The translations under genes were made by a program, and so were the position numbers. The notes under the pieces were generated by a model, which saw only the letters and a program-made list of their open reading frames with translations, made no database searches and was not told the DNA's origin. DNA of 64,000 nt from a virus (lineage: Duplodnaviria > Caudoviricetes): the IMG/VR virus record IMGVR_UViG_3300044675_007236; one strand, given 5' to 3'. This document shows, one piece after another, positions 62,686 through 64,000 of the stretch. Positions within the stretch are counted from its first letter, which is position 1. Each line of letters opens with the position of its first letter.

Positions 62686-63365
62686 GTCTTAAAACAATTA
62701 AATGAAACAATCTCTGACACAATATCAGAAAAACTCTTTAAACCATCTTCTGTTGCATTGTCTGTGCAATCTACCCGAATAAAACCAGCCGCAGGGTGTA
62801 GCCGTTTCATTTCTGAGTAGATGCGTGAAGCATTATGCAACAATTCGCGTTTGCTTTCAAGTAGGTCTAGCGTTTTTTTCGTGTATTGCCTTTCTGCTTT
62901 TTTGGCAATGTTTACTATCGCTAAATCTACAGGCATATGCAGGAAAACGATGCAGTCTGGTTTTGGTAATCCCATCTGACCGTACTCAAGATTGCAAATC
63001 AGCTCAATTATCCCTTCCTCTCGCTCCCTTTCTACCGCAGCGGCGGCGTAAGCCAAATTACTAGGCACGTAACGATCACAAAAAACAATGTCGTTTTCTT
63101 CCAGTGCTTGTTTCAAATCCGGTTTAAAACCAAATCGTTCCATGGCAAAAAGACTGGCCTGTACCTCTATTGGAAACACGCCAAACTCGCCGTTTAGATA
63201 TCTGCCAATGATATCGCTCCAGGCGTTGTGTCCGTAAGCAGGAAACGAAAAAAGCTTTGTCGTTGCCCCTGCCTTTTCAAAATGCTCTCGTAGCAATTTT
63301 GTAACGGTACCTTTACCGGAACCGTCTATACCTTCGACGCAAATAAGCACGATTACTTTCTCCAA
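62676..63365 (-). CDS. tmk: Thymidylate kinase
   Basis: EGIDGSGKGT P-loop, DRYVPSNLAY, LPKPD. Confidence 0.9.
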   Translation of the reverse strand: MEKVIVLICVEGIDGSGKGTVTKLLREHFEKAGATTKLFSFPAYGHNAWSDIIGRYLNGEFGVFPIEVQASLFAMERFGFKPDLKQALEENDIVFCDRYVPSNLAYAAAAVEREREEGIIELICNLEYGQMGLPKPDCIVFLHMPVDLAIVNIAKKAERQYTKKTLDLLESKRELLHNASRIYSEMKRLHPAAGFIRVDCTDNATEDGLKSFSDIVSEIVSFNCFKTWS

Positions 63366-63400
63366 GGTTTCTTGTCGATCTCACCAAATTGACTAACAAA

Positions 63401-63949
63401 CTAAACGACTTCAATCAGCCGCTGCAGCGTTCCGCAAGGGTCAAGCGGACGCCAATCAGGCTTACGGCTAGAACCCGTAGTGTACATAACATTACCCGCA
63501 GTAGTAGCGACACAGCGTGCCCGGTCACGACTGACATTATGCTTATCACTACGAGCAGCAATAGACGCATTATCTGCAGCTCTGGCTGCAGCTGTAGCCG
63601 CAAACCAAGCCCCGGTAACAGTAGAACTCGAAACAGACGCTGCCCTAGCCGCCGCAATGGCAGCATCTGCATTTTTTTCGTTAAGCATCACCCGCCACGG
63701 ACCGCCGAAACAAAAAATGTCAGCTTCAGACTGAGCACGAGGAAGAACCGAGTTCCACATCCAATCTAAAAGCAACTCCAACCGTTCTTTTTCTTTTTTT
63801 CGACCTGTGCCAGCCGCTAGAGGAAGCAAAGACTTCCATTGGCGGCTGTTTCGAATATATGCAGGTATCGCGTCTTGAATCGAAATAATCCAATGACCTA
63901 TTACCTCGCTCATACAGGCTGGAATGCCATCGTGCAATTCACCGGTCAA
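63401..63949 (-). CDS. Hypothetical protein with Ala-rich repeats
   Basis: CMSEVIGHWII..QDA...LLP..AGT then AA-rich stretch. Confidence 0.6.
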   Translation of the reverse strand: MTGELHDGIPACMSEVIGHWIISIQDAIPAYIRNSRQWKSLLPLAAGTGRKKEKERLELLLDWMWNSVLPRAQSEADIFCFGGPWRVMLNEKNADAAIAAARAASVSSSTVTGAWFAATAAARAADNASIAARSDKHNVSRDRARCVATTAGNVMYTTGSSRKPDWRPLDPCGTLQRLIEVV

Positions 63950-64000
63950 AGCTAGATTTATCGCCGCAATCGAGCACGCCGATTCATACGATCCAAGTCC

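Noticed and set aside
1-64000. CRISPR array
   Set aside because: No series of equal-length repeats with unique spacers; the 20-bp and 33-bp repeats occur only twice and far apart
1-64000. Plus-strand ORFs and nested minus-strand ORFs in the six-frame track
   Set aside because: All are shadows of better-supported minus-strand genes or RNA elements and show no recognisable motifs

Overview
64 kb of a large (jumbo-type) tailed phage genome. Essentially all credible genes are on the minus strand and use the standard genetic code. From the right end (transcription direction): tmk, an acidic-tailed SSB candidate, a RecA-like recombinase, a DEDDh exonuclease and endonuclease VII; a probable portal gene coupled to three glycosyltransferases; about 19 kb of small hypothetical and module-shuffled genes; a block of Pro/Gly/Ala-rich glycine-zipper proteins punctuated by K-x-A-(A/N/G) motifs, which also includes Nudix and Dps fusions; and a glycan block (three sulfotransferase-like genes, GTs, rmlB, rmlC, epimerase, thyA). 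Two genes resemble Planctomycetota proteins, hinting at the host (inference). The most unusual signal is non-coding: besides one canonical tRNA-Thr, 13.0-17.3 kb holds about ten tRNA-shaped modules. Two (133 and 173 nt) keep acceptor, D and T arms but replace the anticodon/variable region with a shared expanded multi-helix domain. A separate ~310-nt pseudoknotted RNA candidate lies at 20.95-21.26 kb. All folds were paired by eye; no database searches were run.
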